A stretch of DNA of 64,000 bases, from NCBI GenBank assembly GCA_028865725.1, contig JAGWJP010000002.1, positions 40,050 to 104,049 of the forward strand. Reading direction: 5' to 3'. A program made the translations under genes and the position numbers. Positions 31,601 through 43,627 of this stretch are shown piece after piece. This DNA is from Patescibacteria group bacterium (GTDB taxonomy: Bacteria; Patescibacteriota; Minisyncoccia; UBA6257; JACRHW01). The notes below the pieces were generated by a model. The model was not told the origin of the DNA, searched no databases, and saw only the letters and a list, made by a program, of their open reading frames with translations. Within the stretch, counting starts at the first letter, position 1. The number at the start of each line of letters is the position of its first letter.

Positions 31601-34079
31601 CCGTCGTAGAGGTACTAAGTGTCACATCGCTCGAAGATAATCCGCTATTATCGGTAATATGAATGAATGTATCCGAAATCGTATCGCGACTTGACTTTGT
31701 CGGTGCCGTAATCGTAATCGACGGAGGAATCGCATCGATCACATATCCGCTTTTGGTTTCTGTTGCCGCATTTCCCGCATTATCCGTCGCCTTGATTACT
31801 AAATTTCCGCTTGACGTGATGCGAATCGTGCAGTCGACGGTAGAGGTATCGGTCTGCGTGCAAGAAAAATTGCTCGTGCCGGCGGTTGTAGAAGGATCCA
31901 CAATCACATTCATCACATTGATGCCGGAATTCAAGGTCGGCAAATCGAGCACATGAATTGTGGTATCAATTATAGTTGCAGTGGAGCTTGTCGTCGGTGC
32001 TGTAATCGTAATCGACGGAGGTGTTGTTTCGATGCGATACCCTGTTTCGGTAGCTGTATTTACATTACCACTTTCATCGGTTCCTTTAATGACAAGATAC
32101 CCACTTGAAGTAATATGAATCGTACAGTCGACAACTCCGATACTTGTCTGCGTACAAGAAAAATTGCTCGTGCCGGCAGTTGTGGAAGGATCCACAATCA
32201 CATTTGAAACAAGAATATGCGTATTTACCACGTGGACGGTCGTATCAGTAATCGCAGTTGTAGAAATCTTTGTAGGAGCCGTAATGGTAATTGCAGGAGG
32301 CGTCGTATCAATCACCTGGAGCGTACTTGAATTCGATGTTCCGCCTCCTGGGGTAGATGTAAATACTGTAATAACATGTGTTCCTGAAACAGCAATATAC
32401 GAGGAAGGGATCGCAGCTTCAAGATGATGAGTGTTCACATACGTGGTCGTCAGCGTATCTCCGTCGATCTTTACTATCGAGCTTGTTGCATAGCCTGTTC
32501 CATCCACATCGAGGGTAAACGATAAACTTCCCGCTTCAATAGTTGACGGGGAGATGGAGGAAATCGTTGGAGTCGGATTATTTATAGTAAACATCCTCAA
32601 TCCCGATGTCCCACCCCCGGGAGTAGGATTAAAAACGCTTATGCTTTTTGTTCCCGCCGCAAGCAAACTGCTTGAGGCAACTGTTGCAGTCAGTTGTGTC
32701 GAATTCACATATGCAGTGCCCAGATCAGTTCCATCAAGACGTACGATAGAACCAGAAACAAAATTAGTTCCTGTAAGAGTGATTGTTGTATTACCATCAC
32801 CAACCGTTGCCGAGTCTGGCAACACCGTTGTAAAGACAGGGACAGGATTATTTACGATAAATTCCTGAGCATTTGACTGTCCGCCCCCTGGGGTTGGATT
32901 TAGCACAGTTACATTAAACGTCCCTGCGAGTTCAAGAAACGATGCAGAAACAGTTGCAGTAAGTTGGGTGCCTGTCACATAGGTAGTAGGAAGCGCATTG
33001 CCTTCAAAATATGCCGTAGAACTCGCATTGAAATTTGTTCCAATAAGTGTCAGCGTAAACGTACTATCTCCCGCATTTTTAGAAGGAGGAGAAATACTAG
33101 AAAGAGAAGGAACTGGATTAGCAACCGTTACGGTCGGAGATGTGGCAAGAGCAACTTCTGTCCCTGCTGCATTGATACGTGTTTTTGTAAGAAACGTGCT
33201 TTTTCGTCCCGTCCGTGGCGCGAGCGCCCCGCTTGCTCCTCCTCCCGACCCATAGGTAAACACAACCGTCTGTCCACCAGTAAGGCTCAATAGATTAACT
33301 CTTACTACATTATCTCCAGGAAATGTTGCGACGCCTGGACCAATCATAATATCGTCAACAAATATGTTAACATGATCGAGTGCTGAATTATGAGCAATAC
33401 GAAACCCATAACTTGCAATTGATGTCCGTGTTCCGGTAAGCGCAAGCGTTTCATAAGTCCAGGTATTAGCAGACAACGCAGGGATGTTTAGTATTGCGAC
33501 GGGGCTCGCGAGATTATTATTGTCGTCATATGCAAACTGAAGCCGATTTGCGGCAACTGCCGCACTCGTGCGAATCCAAAACCCTATCGTCGTATATCCA
33601 GACCAATTCTGCGTACTAATGTTTTTATAAAAAACATTACCGGTTGATTCATTACCATTTTGACACTCAATCGATGCAGTTCCTTCATAATACGTTGCAG
33701 TTGATGTATCGAGCCCATTAGTACAGGCCGTTCCCGCAGACCAACCCAAACTCGAATCCGCCGTATCTAGTATGGTTGCTATCATTCCCGCGCCCGAGGT
33801 CACTGTCGTATACCCTGCTGTTCCACTAGTAGATGTAGGCGTACTCCAATCAGATGGTATTGTAACCGCGACATCACCACTACTCATTGTTTCCGCCGCC
33901 GTAAACGTAAAAACAAGCGCATTACCTGTGGTGCTGGCAATCACTGTTGAAGGCGTTACACTATTTGTTCCTGAACCATCGGATGCACGTGCAAATCTTT
34001 GAATCCACCCCAACCACCCCACTGCTCCTATTACCATCATTACGCCTATGGAAAAAAGTATAAAAAACTTTTTCTGCAT
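28618..34079 (-). pseudogene. Giant repetitive adhesin-like surface protein (about 1819 aa if repaired), split by a 2-nt frameshift near 30993
   Basis: Signal anchor, three IPT/TIG-like domains, eight about 94-aa repeats with CxQT...VDC, FN3-like domain, C-terminal peptidoglycan-binding domain. The repeat copy at 30985-31006 reads GTCGACGGTGTAGAGG, whereas sister copies read GTCGACGGTAGAGG. Confidence 0.8.
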
Positions 34080-34163
34080 TTTCAAAAGAAAAAAAACGCA
34101 CATTATAATCGCCTTTATAATACAACCATCCACATATTTCGTCACTGTGCATATTTTGCACAA

Positions 34164-34354
34164 ATAACCTTCCCCGAGCGGGGCAGCCTCGGGGTATACC
34201 TTGATCCCCTTCGGCACAAGGAATACACCTGTCGCGCGCCCCTTCGGGCGCATGGTATGCGACCAGTCAAGTTTTTTAGATCACTCGCTTCGCTCAGGGC
34301 TTCTGATTCATCCCCCGCCCTTACGGGCGGGAGATTCTCCTCAGGTCTAATAAA
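34164..34354. mobile_element. Non-autonomous IS200/IS605-like palindromic element (PATE/MITE-like)
   Basis: GC-rich stretch of about 190 bp with subterminal hairpins CCCCGAG..CTCGGGG (34172-34194) and CCCGCCC-TTAC-GGGCGGG (34314-34331) preceded by ATTCATCC; TTTAT flank on the minus strand; no transposase ORF. Confidence 0.5.
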
Positions 34355-34425
34355 CTTCTACCGGAGTCCACTCGAGATTTCTGAAAATAAAAACACACCG
34401 CGAGGGGTGTGTACGTGGCATCTCT

Positions 34426-34920
34426 CTAAGTCTCTTCTACCATCTCAATGCAGCCTGATTTTTTGAGCATGTCGTTCATGACCTCAGGAAGCGTCGGGCA
34501 ATGTCCTGCGCGCATTTCATCATTCAATATTCTAAAGTATCGATGCATATGCACAAAAGATTTCGGGGGGAAAGAAATAACCTTATCAGAAACACTTTCA
34601 AAAGAATTCCGAACTTCTTCTATGATTGCTGGCAACCCTGGAAACTCGCGCTGTCGTTTTTCACTTTTGAGAATGATCTTTCCTGAAAAATCTTTGTAAA
34701 TAGCCACTAATGTACCGGTCCCTACAACTTCCCCGGTCTCTTGTTCCACAAACTCGCACACAGTGTACTGTAATGCGGAATTAAGACCGGAACTTACCTC
34801 AAGATGATAATAGATGCGCCGCCTGAGATCTTCTGAAGTTGCGATGTGTACAAAACATGCCTGCAGTGCATCTGATGGATGCAGGCGAGCACACATCTTT
34901 GTGCCATTTGTGGCTTCCAT
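34426..34920 (-). CDS. Hypothetical protein
   Basis: ORF with upstream AGGAGG and a TTGACA promoter-like element. Confidence 0.55.
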   Translation of the reverse strand: MEATNGTKMCARLHPSDALQACFVHIATSEDLRRRIYYHLEVSSGLNSALQYTVCEFVEQETGEVVGTGTLVAIYKDFSGKIILKSEKRQREFPGLPAIIEEVRNSFESVSDKVISFPPKSFVHMHRYFRILNDEMRAGHCPTLPEVMNDMLKKSGCIEMVEET

Positions 34921-35057
34921 TGCCGTGGATACCAACCTCCTTTCACTATAGAAATCTTGTCACAATTACCGTATTCATGTCAAGAATATGGATCAAACGT
35001 ATGAGTGCACCCGCATCACGCCAGTCATACAAATACCACCCCATGGGGCGGTATTAT

Positions 35058-36140
35058 TTATGATTTCCGAGATGTGCGTGGAGGCTTTTGGTACAAAAAC
35101 TTAAGAGCGAGAGTTTTATTGGGCGGTGCATACTCCCCCGTCCAAAGACCAAGAAAGGTCGCACCGTCAAAAAGTGACTTGTCATAACCGAAACCATAAA
35201 ATACTTCTCGAGATGCTTTGCGATCATGATCGACAATAAGGCAGACGCAAGTTCCTCCTCGATTCGGCACGCGTGTCACCACCATCTCGAGGATATCAGG
35301 CGTCCATTCAGTCGCATCCCTATTACGCCGCAAGATGGGCACGCGCACATGAGCGGGAAGCGGCAAATCACGCAACGTTCGCGCGCGAATCATATCCCCC
35401 GCCTTAAATATTTTCGGTATATGTTCTTTCTTCTCACGCGGAGCCTTTTTTGCCGGCATATCCCCAAGGCCGCGTTCCTCGAGCATGCGACATAAGCATT
35501 CCAGAAACCTTACATTACGGTCGGCACGCGTCGCTTTGAATTGCACATCGCTCTCGATATATTCAAAATCGAAATCCTCTTCGCAAGCCTCCTCTCCTGC
35601 ATGCGCATAAGAAACAAAAATATGACCATACAGACACTCCTCGCTTACAAGCACGCGGCAAAATGCCTCGACCTCCCGCTCCCTCCACCCTTGCAGCGCA
35701 CTAAACATGCCTGCTCCATAATAAGACGCCCCTCGCTGCTTCCCGATTCCACGCAAAAATCGCATAAACGCAGAACGGCCCCATGATCGCGGCGCTTCAG
35801 AAAATGCTTTAAGAAACGTATGCGCATCGCGGCGAGCCTCAGGCGTATCATATTGAACACATAATGCATACACATATTCAGCCTCCGCAAACACGGAACG
35901 GAAGTCAATGTATTTACGCGCACGTGATCCGAAAAAGATAATAAGAGCGTTCAAGAATTCCTCCGCACGCGCCTCAACGCGCGCGATGGTTTCTTTCTTT
36001 TCTGCCTCCTCGCAAGCCTGCAGCTCTCCCCAATACGCATCAAAACTATGGTATACATTCTGCTGCCATTGCTCTTCTATTCTATCGCGCTGCGCTCTAT
36101 ATGCAGCTTCTTCTTCTTCAGTAAAGAGCGGGATACTCAT
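35058..36140 (-). CDS. Hypothetical protein
   Basis: 360-aa ORF, GGGAGG SD, terminator-like hairpin downstream (about 35032-35056). Confidence 0.7.
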   Translation of the reverse strand: MSIPLFTEEEEAAYRAQRDRIEEQWQQNVYHSFDAYWGELQACEEAEKKETIARVEARAEEFLNALIIFFGSRARKYIDFRSVFAEAEYVYALCVQYDTPEARRDAHTFLKAFSEAPRSWGRSAFMRFLRGIGKQRGASYYGAGMFSALQGWREREVEAFCRVLVSEECLYGHIFVSYAHAGEEACEEDFDFEYIESDVQFKATRADRNVRFLECLCRMLEERGLGDMPAKKAPREKKEHIPKIFKAGDMIRARTLRDLPLPAHVRVPILRRNRDATEWTPDILEMVVTRVPNRGGTCVCLIVDHDRKASREVFYGFGYDKSLFDGATFLGLWTGEYAPPNKTLALKFLYQKPPRTSRKS

Positions 36141-36220
36141 ATTCCCGTCCTCCCTCTCTTGTCAATGAGCCTTGCCAGTTATATCATAATCCTCTCATTA
36201 CACGCAAATTTCTCTTCACG

Positions 36221-38663
<2,443 letters not shown>

Positions 38664-38671
38664 AGCGTATA

Positions 38672-40138
38672 TTACCACGTAGGAAAAAATTCATGAATAA
38701 AATCATCGGCAGAATAACGAATCATGGCGATCGCTTTTTCTGTTAATCCATTCCGGGTGATTTCGGCAACCATGTCAGCATAACGAATCGGTATCATCTC
38801 TGGAAATACGCGAACCATATCCGTCCATTTTTCTTCCTCAAGATCATCAAAATATCCCCGTGTGATAGCACAAAATAATATCACCTGCACCACCCAAGAA
38901 ACGCCTGTATGTTTATCTTGTTTCAATGCAGCAAGTAACAGCGCACCCCGTTTAATCTCTTGCTCGGCCTTGGTACTGACATTTGTTTCCAATTGAGATA
39001 ATTTACGCAATTCTTTGTATTGTGCAATCGCGAGACGCATTCCCCCCACCACCGCACTTAATGCCTTTTGCTGCGCTTGAGACCCGACGCGTGAAACAGA
39101 AAGCCCAATGTCTACTGCGGGGATAAATCCTTTTTGAAATAATCCACGATTCAAATAAATCTGGCCATCAGTAATGGAAATGATATTAGTAGGAATAAAA
39201 GAGGTGATATCATCCTCTTGCGTTTCGATGATAGGGAGTGCAGTAAGCGAGCCGCCTCCATTTTTTTTTGCAAGTTGCGCCGCGCGTTCTAACAATGTGG
39301 CATGCAACGAAAAAATATCACCAGGATATGCTTCTCTTCCTGGGGCACGTTCAAGAAGAAGAGATATGCTCCGATACGTTCGCGCATGTTTAGAAAGATC
39401 ATCATACACGACAAGCGCATCTTTGCCTTGGTTGCGAAAATATTCTCCTATCGCACATCCGACGAACGGAGCAAGATATTGTGCAGCAAAAGAATCTCCC
39501 GCAGTGGCGGCCACAATAACCGAATATAACATTGCACCTCTGTGTTCAAACAGGGTCGCAAGTTCTTGGAGCTGCTCTTCCTTTTGACCGCATACCACGT
39601 ACACACAATACACAGAAGGTGTAGCATGTTTTTGGTGGAGAACTGTGTCGATGGCAAGCGTGCTCTTTCCCAACTTCCTATCCCCGATAATAAGCTCACG
39701 CTGCCCCCTGCCAAGAGGTAAAATAGAATCAATCATTTTTATTCCGGTCGAGAGAGGTACCGAGACAGGTTCTCGATCAATAATGGAGGGTGCCCCTGCA
39801 AATACAGCGATCGTGTTTCCTGCGATATCTTGAAGCCCATCACGCGGCATTCCGAGTCCGTTCAATACCCTCCCCACACACGCATCGGACAAAGAAAGTG
39901 AAAATAGTTTCCCGCTACGCATTACCGAATTGGCCGCATCAAAACGATCATCAAAAAACAGCGCTTCCACATGATGTTCATTAAACCCAATCACAATGGC
40001 TACTGCGTTCTCTTTTTCATCAAGAAGTACTTCATGTAAAAATACATGCGGCAGTCCTTCAATTTTTGCAACTCCAGAAAAAAAGGAAACAATATGTCCT
40101 TGTTCGTGAACCATTTTATTTCTTGTGGTGTTCTGCAT
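38672..40138 (-). CDS. atpA: F-type ATPase alpha subunit (short N-terminus)
   Basis: GRGQRELIIGDR, PGREAYPGD, ISITDGQI, SVSRVG. Confidence 0.95.
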   Translation of the reverse strand: MQNTTRNKMVHEQGHIVSFFSGVAKIEGLPHVFLHEVLLDEKENAVAIVIGFNEHHVEALFFDDRFDAANSVMRSGKLFSLSLSDACVGRVLNGLGMPRDGLQDIAGNTIAVFAGAPSIIDREPVSVPLSTGIKMIDSILPLGRGQRELIIGDRKLGKSTLAIDTVLHQKHATPSVYCVYVVCGQKEEQLQELATLFEHRGAMLYSVIVAATAGDSFAAQYLAPFVGCAIGEYFRNQGKDALVVYDDLSKHARTYRSISLLLERAPGREAYPGDIFSLHATLLERAAQLAKKNGGGSLTALPIIETQEDDITSFIPTNIISITDGQIYLNRGLFQKGFIPAVDIGLSVSRVGSQAQQKALSAVVGGMRLAIAQYKELRKLSQLETNVSTKAEQEIKRGALLLAALKQDKHTGVSWVVQVILFCAITRGYFDDLEEEKWTDMVRVFPEMIPIRYADMVAEITRNGLTEKAIAMIRYSADDFIHEFFPTW

Positions 40139-40499
40139 TTTCAATTTCCGCAAGACGAGTGCGTGCTTGTTCTAAGATTGCTCCCCTTTCCGCCTCCGTC
40201 TCCAAATACGCCTGTTCTTTGATTTTTCGCGCAGCTTCTTCTGCTTCTTCTACAATACCTCGCGCATGCTCTTTGAGTGCTTGCGCTTCCTTTTGCTGCT
40301 CTGCGGCAAATGCTTGCTTGTCTTGATTTAATTTATCGGACAATTCATTTATTTTTTTTAATGTCTCGTCATCTTTCTCAATCCGAGCAATAAGCGGTTT
40401 GTACACAAAGAATGCAAGCACCCACACAAGAAGCCCGAAATTGATAATCTGAGCCAATAATAATTTCATGTCGATACCAAGACTTCCTAATAATTTCAT
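40116..40499 (-). CDS. atpF: F0 subunit b (short, 127 aa)
   Basis: LAQIINFGLLVWVL..FVYKPL followed by a coiled coil. Confidence 0.88.
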   Translation of the reverse strand: MKLLGSLGIDMKLLLAQIINFGLLVWVLAFFVYKPLIARIEKDDETLKKINELSDKLNQDKQAFAAEQQKEAQALKEHARGIVEEAEEAARKIKEQAYLETEAERGAILEQARTRLAEIENAEHHKK

Positions 40500-40520
40500 A
40501 CTCGGAACATTCGCTTAAAA

Positions 40521-40736
40521 TTATTTTACAAATTTAAGAATTAAGGCGGTCACCAACGCGTAGATGGCGATAGCCTCTGCAAATGCAATAGCAATAATCA
40601 TCGATACCTGAATTCTATCAGAATTATCAGGGTTGCGCGCCATTCCCATAAGCGCGGCAGCGCCGATTATGCCAATGGCAAGCGCGGGACCAACAGTTCC
40701 TATAGCCATGACAAATGCTGATGGATCTTGATTCAT
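40521..40736 (-). CDS. atpE: F0 subunit c
   Basis: ARNP loop, AFAEAIAIYAL with the ion-binding Glu. Confidence 0.95.
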   Translation of the reverse strand: MNQDPSAFVMAIGTVGPALAIGIIGAAALMGMARNPDNSDRIQVSMIIAIAFAEAIAIYALVTALILKFVK

Positions 40737-40751
40737 AATCGTAGTGTTATA

Positions 40752-41798
40752 TTAATGATGAATCTGTTGCACCTTCGACCGATGATGCAAAAATGTAATC
40801 TCAGTAATCAGAAAAGTAAACATTGCGCATACTGTCGCTTGTAACATCCCTATTCCTACACCCAATAGGGGCGACGAAAAAACAAAATATGGTGTGACGA
40901 TTGCGATGGTCGCAATCAATACCAATATTGCTCCTGTACTTATCATACCAAAAATATGAAATGAGCGCACAAGTATGATCACCCACTCTTGGAACGCTAA
41001 CACCAATGCGGTGGTAAGCCATCGTATATCAAGAAAACGAAGATGATGAGGAACCGGTTTCATTTCCACCATACGAACTGAACTCGTTTTAATGAAGGTG
41101 AGAGTGAGCGCGGCAAAGATAAACGCCTGTATGATTCCCACAAATACCTCCAATATCATAAACGGAAGAGGAATGATGTAGGGAATAAGTGCCGATACCA
41201 CAAGTAATAGCACCTCTCCGGCAAACATATTGCCGAAAAGACGAAAAGAGAACGAGACTGTTTTAATAATTTCGGAGAGTATTTCAAAAAAACCAAGAAT
41301 ACACTGGACAATTCCGGATATGTTTAAGAATCGTTGTATATATGACGCGATCCCCAAAACAGAAATCGAAAAATACTGAATTGACGCTACTGCACATAAT
41401 GCCAATGCTATTGTGGTGGTAAGATCGCTATTCGGAGAACGCAAAAAAGGCACGGTCGTACCTCCCGTTCGCACTACGAATGAACCAGAAAATCCCGGGA
41501 TAAGCTCTAAAAGATTAGCGGTACCAATAAAAACAAACAGCGTAGCAATGAGGGGAAAAATTTTTTTTGAAAGTACACGATCGTGCGTCACGCTGTCAAT
41601 AAAATGCAGAAGATCCACCACGTATACACGCATTGCTTTTATCACGATCATCTCACTTTCTTGATTAAAATAAAATATCAAGCCCAACGCAATAAGAACG
41701 AAAGTGGTAAGTATCGATGTAAAAAACGTATTCGTGATCAATACCCCGTGAAAAGAAATGATATATTCCGGTTGTAATCGAATCGTGATAACCATCAT
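40752..41798 (-). CDS. atpB: F0 subunit a with a duplicated C-terminal helix pair
   Basis: SFSFRLFGNMFAGE, VGIIQAFIF, plus an extension of about 110 aa. Confidence 0.9.
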   Translation of the reverse strand: MMVITIRLQPEYIISFHGVLITNTFFTSILTTFVLIALGLIFYFNQESEMIVIKAMRVYVVDLLHFIDSVTHDRVLSKKIFPLIATLFVFIGTANLLELIPGFSGSFVVRTGGTTVPFLRSPNSDLTTTIALALCAVASIQYFSISVLGIASYIQRFLNISGIVQCILGFFEILSEIIKTVSFSFRLFGNMFAGEVLLLVVSALIPYIIPLPFMILEVFVGIIQAFIFAALTLTFIKTSSVRMVEMKPVPHHLRFLDIRWLTTALVLAFQEWVIILVRSFHIFGMISTGAILVLIATIAIVTPYFVFSSPLLGVGIGMLQATVCAMFTFLITEITFLHHRSKVQQIHH

Positions 41799-41801
41799 CC
41801 A

Positions 41802-42059
41802 TTATTCATCCTCATCATGACTCAAAAGCGGCATAAGAAGGTGAGTGATCTCATATACCGTAAGCACAATCCCCAGAAAAATTCCTATACTCACACCAAG
41901 AGGCGAGATATTCCATGCTCGATCTACTGCATTACCTAGCCACATCATAAAGGCTATTGGAAGAACAATATAAAATCCCAATTGCCACGCGAGTGATACC
42001 GCATACCATACCTTGAATTGATCGTGTTGTGTCCCCCGTATACTCTTCATGGATTCCAT
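41802..42059 (-). CDS. AtpZ/AtpI-family (ATPase gene 1) membrane protein
   Basis: LAWQLGFYIVLPI...LGNAVDRAW..SP; first gene of the operon. Confidence 0.8.
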   Translation of the reverse strand: MESMKSIRGTQHDQFKVWYAVSLAWQLGFYIVLPIAFMMWLGNAVDRAWNISPLGVSIGIFLGIVLTVYEITHLLMPLLSHDEDE

Positions 42060-42136
42060 TCTTTCTTATATTATACCGCGCAATCCTACCGTGAGGAAAC
42101 GTGCTACGTTTATAAAACATGAGATACAAATATTCC

Positions 42137-43177
42137 TTATTTCTTTCTAAAAAACAATCGATCAAGCGTAAAACGTTCCGGCTGTACTAACAAATTAAGC
42201 GAGATTCCGTAAAGCAATACATGCGGCCACACTAATTCCCGAAAGTAAATAAGCGAAAGCGTGATATAAAAAAGGCTGATGAGCACAGTAAGGCGCAATT
42301 CAAATCCCAAAAAGATAAAAAGACCAATTGCAAACTCGGCAAGCCCCGCCCCTAACGTCACGAGAACTGGATCACTAGGAAATAACCAATGAAATTGAGT
42401 GAGATGCCATGTGGTTACTACATGAATTGTAAGTGCAGGATGCAAAAACTTAACCACGAGAGCCGCATACATAAGCGCGATACCATAGCACACACGCACG
42501 ATGGTGGTTTCATAACGTTTCCAACTTTCAAAAAAAACATGTGTGCCCCGCAATACTCTATCAAACGACCACGTACGCGTCCCAAATAACAGTAGCGCCA
42601 CAATCTCACCAAAATAGTTAAGATACGTTACCATATACATTCCAAATGTGCGCCACCCGATTAAAAAGATGATGAGTGTAATGAACGCTGCAATTTCTGT
42701 GTACCACCCTACAGCAATTAGAATACTCGACACAAAAAGAAGAGCACGTAAAAGAACGGGCACGGGCATCTGCCGTAATAATAATTCAGGTCCCAAAAAA
42801 CTCCAACTGAGCGCAGAATAAAAAAATGCTATCGCGATTGCACTGCGAACAAAAAGAGAGCCATAAGGAGCAAGGTGCTCAAACGCATGATGTACCCGCA
42901 TACCCAACCTTGTCCTGCGAAACCATGCATTCAAAAAAAGAACTACGAGAAATCCTCCTACTACTTGCAATGTGATATGCAGATCAACCTTATTTTTAAG
43001 CGCCTCCCATGCCTGTGCACTCACGGGCGCCGCAAGCTGCTGCCAAAAGTAATCTCGATTCACGACATATGCTTCATGGGCATAAGCAAAACCAGCAGAT
43101 AAAAACCACAACGCGACACCTGAGCCTGCAGACACAACGATACGCATTAATATCTTGAACACGGGAACGCGACGCAT
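42137..43177 (-). CDS. DoxX-like membrane protein (two DoxX-like halves)
   Basis: AHEAYV after signal peptide; RVCYGIAL...KFLHP; AGLAEFAIGLFIFLGFELR. Confidence 0.65.
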   Translation of the reverse strand: MRRVPVFKILMRIVVSAGSGVALWFLSAGFAYAHEAYVVNRDYFWQQLAAPVSAQAWEALKNKVDLHITLQVVGGFLVVLFLNAWFRRTRLGMRVHHAFEHLAPYGSLFVRSAIAIAFFYSALSWSFLGPELLLRQMPVPVLLRALLFVSSILIAVGWYTEIAAFITLIIFLIGWRTFGMYMVTYLNYFGEIVALLLFGTRTWSFDRVLRGTHVFFESWKRYETTIVRVCYGIALMYAALVVKFLHPALTIHVVTTWHLTQFHWLFPSDPVLVTLGAGLAEFAIGLFIFLGFELRLTVLISLFYITLSLIYFRELVWPHVLLYGISLNLLVQPERFTLDRLFFRKK

Positions 43178-43188
43178 AATACGTTATA

Positions 43189-43554
43189 TTATATTCCTCC
43201 AAACAGATTAAATATATGCACGACGATCATGTACAGTGCGGCACACACAAAAAAAGAAAGAAGTCCGGTACCAATCGCGATGCGTGATCCCCATTTGGGC
43301 GCGAAAAGAGCTACTATAAGCATATAAGGCACCCACGACACCAAAGTACCTATTAGCACAAACCACGCATGCTGCCCTACCGCGCCTCCTCCTTGCGATT
43401 CACCGATAAAAATATAGGCGATCAAGGTAAATACGGGTATGAGAGTGGCAAATCCAGAAAGGAGCCGCGACCCATGCTCTTCAAGTCCTACAATCAAAGA
43501 AACAAATGCGCCTCCTACGAAAAAATAAAGAAGATAATGTTTAATAACGTGCAT
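43189..43554 (-). CDS. Small four-TM membrane protein (GlpM/DUF3147-like)
   Basis: YFFVGGAFVSLI...SGFATLIPVFTL. Confidence 0.6.
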   Translation of the reverse strand: MHVIKHYLLYFFVGGAFVSLIVGLEEHGSRLLSGFATLIPVFTLIAYIFIGESQGGGAVGQHAWFVLIGTLVSWVPYMLIVALFAPKWGSRIAIGTGLLSFFVCAALYMIVVHIFNLFGGI

Positions 43555-43627
43555 ATCATATATATCGTACCACATAACCTTCCGAATATAAAAAACGCGC
43601 GACAGTGGTGCGCGTGTTATATTTTTA

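Larger units (their letters stand above)
27929..34385. mobile_element. tRNA-Ala-anchored island of about 6.4 kb, flanked by 20-bp direct repeats, no integrase
   Basis: GTCCACTCGAGATTTGTGAA (27929-27948) versus GTCCACTCGAGATTTCTGAA (34366-34385), 19/20 identical, starting inside the tRNA 3' end. Confidence 0.7.
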
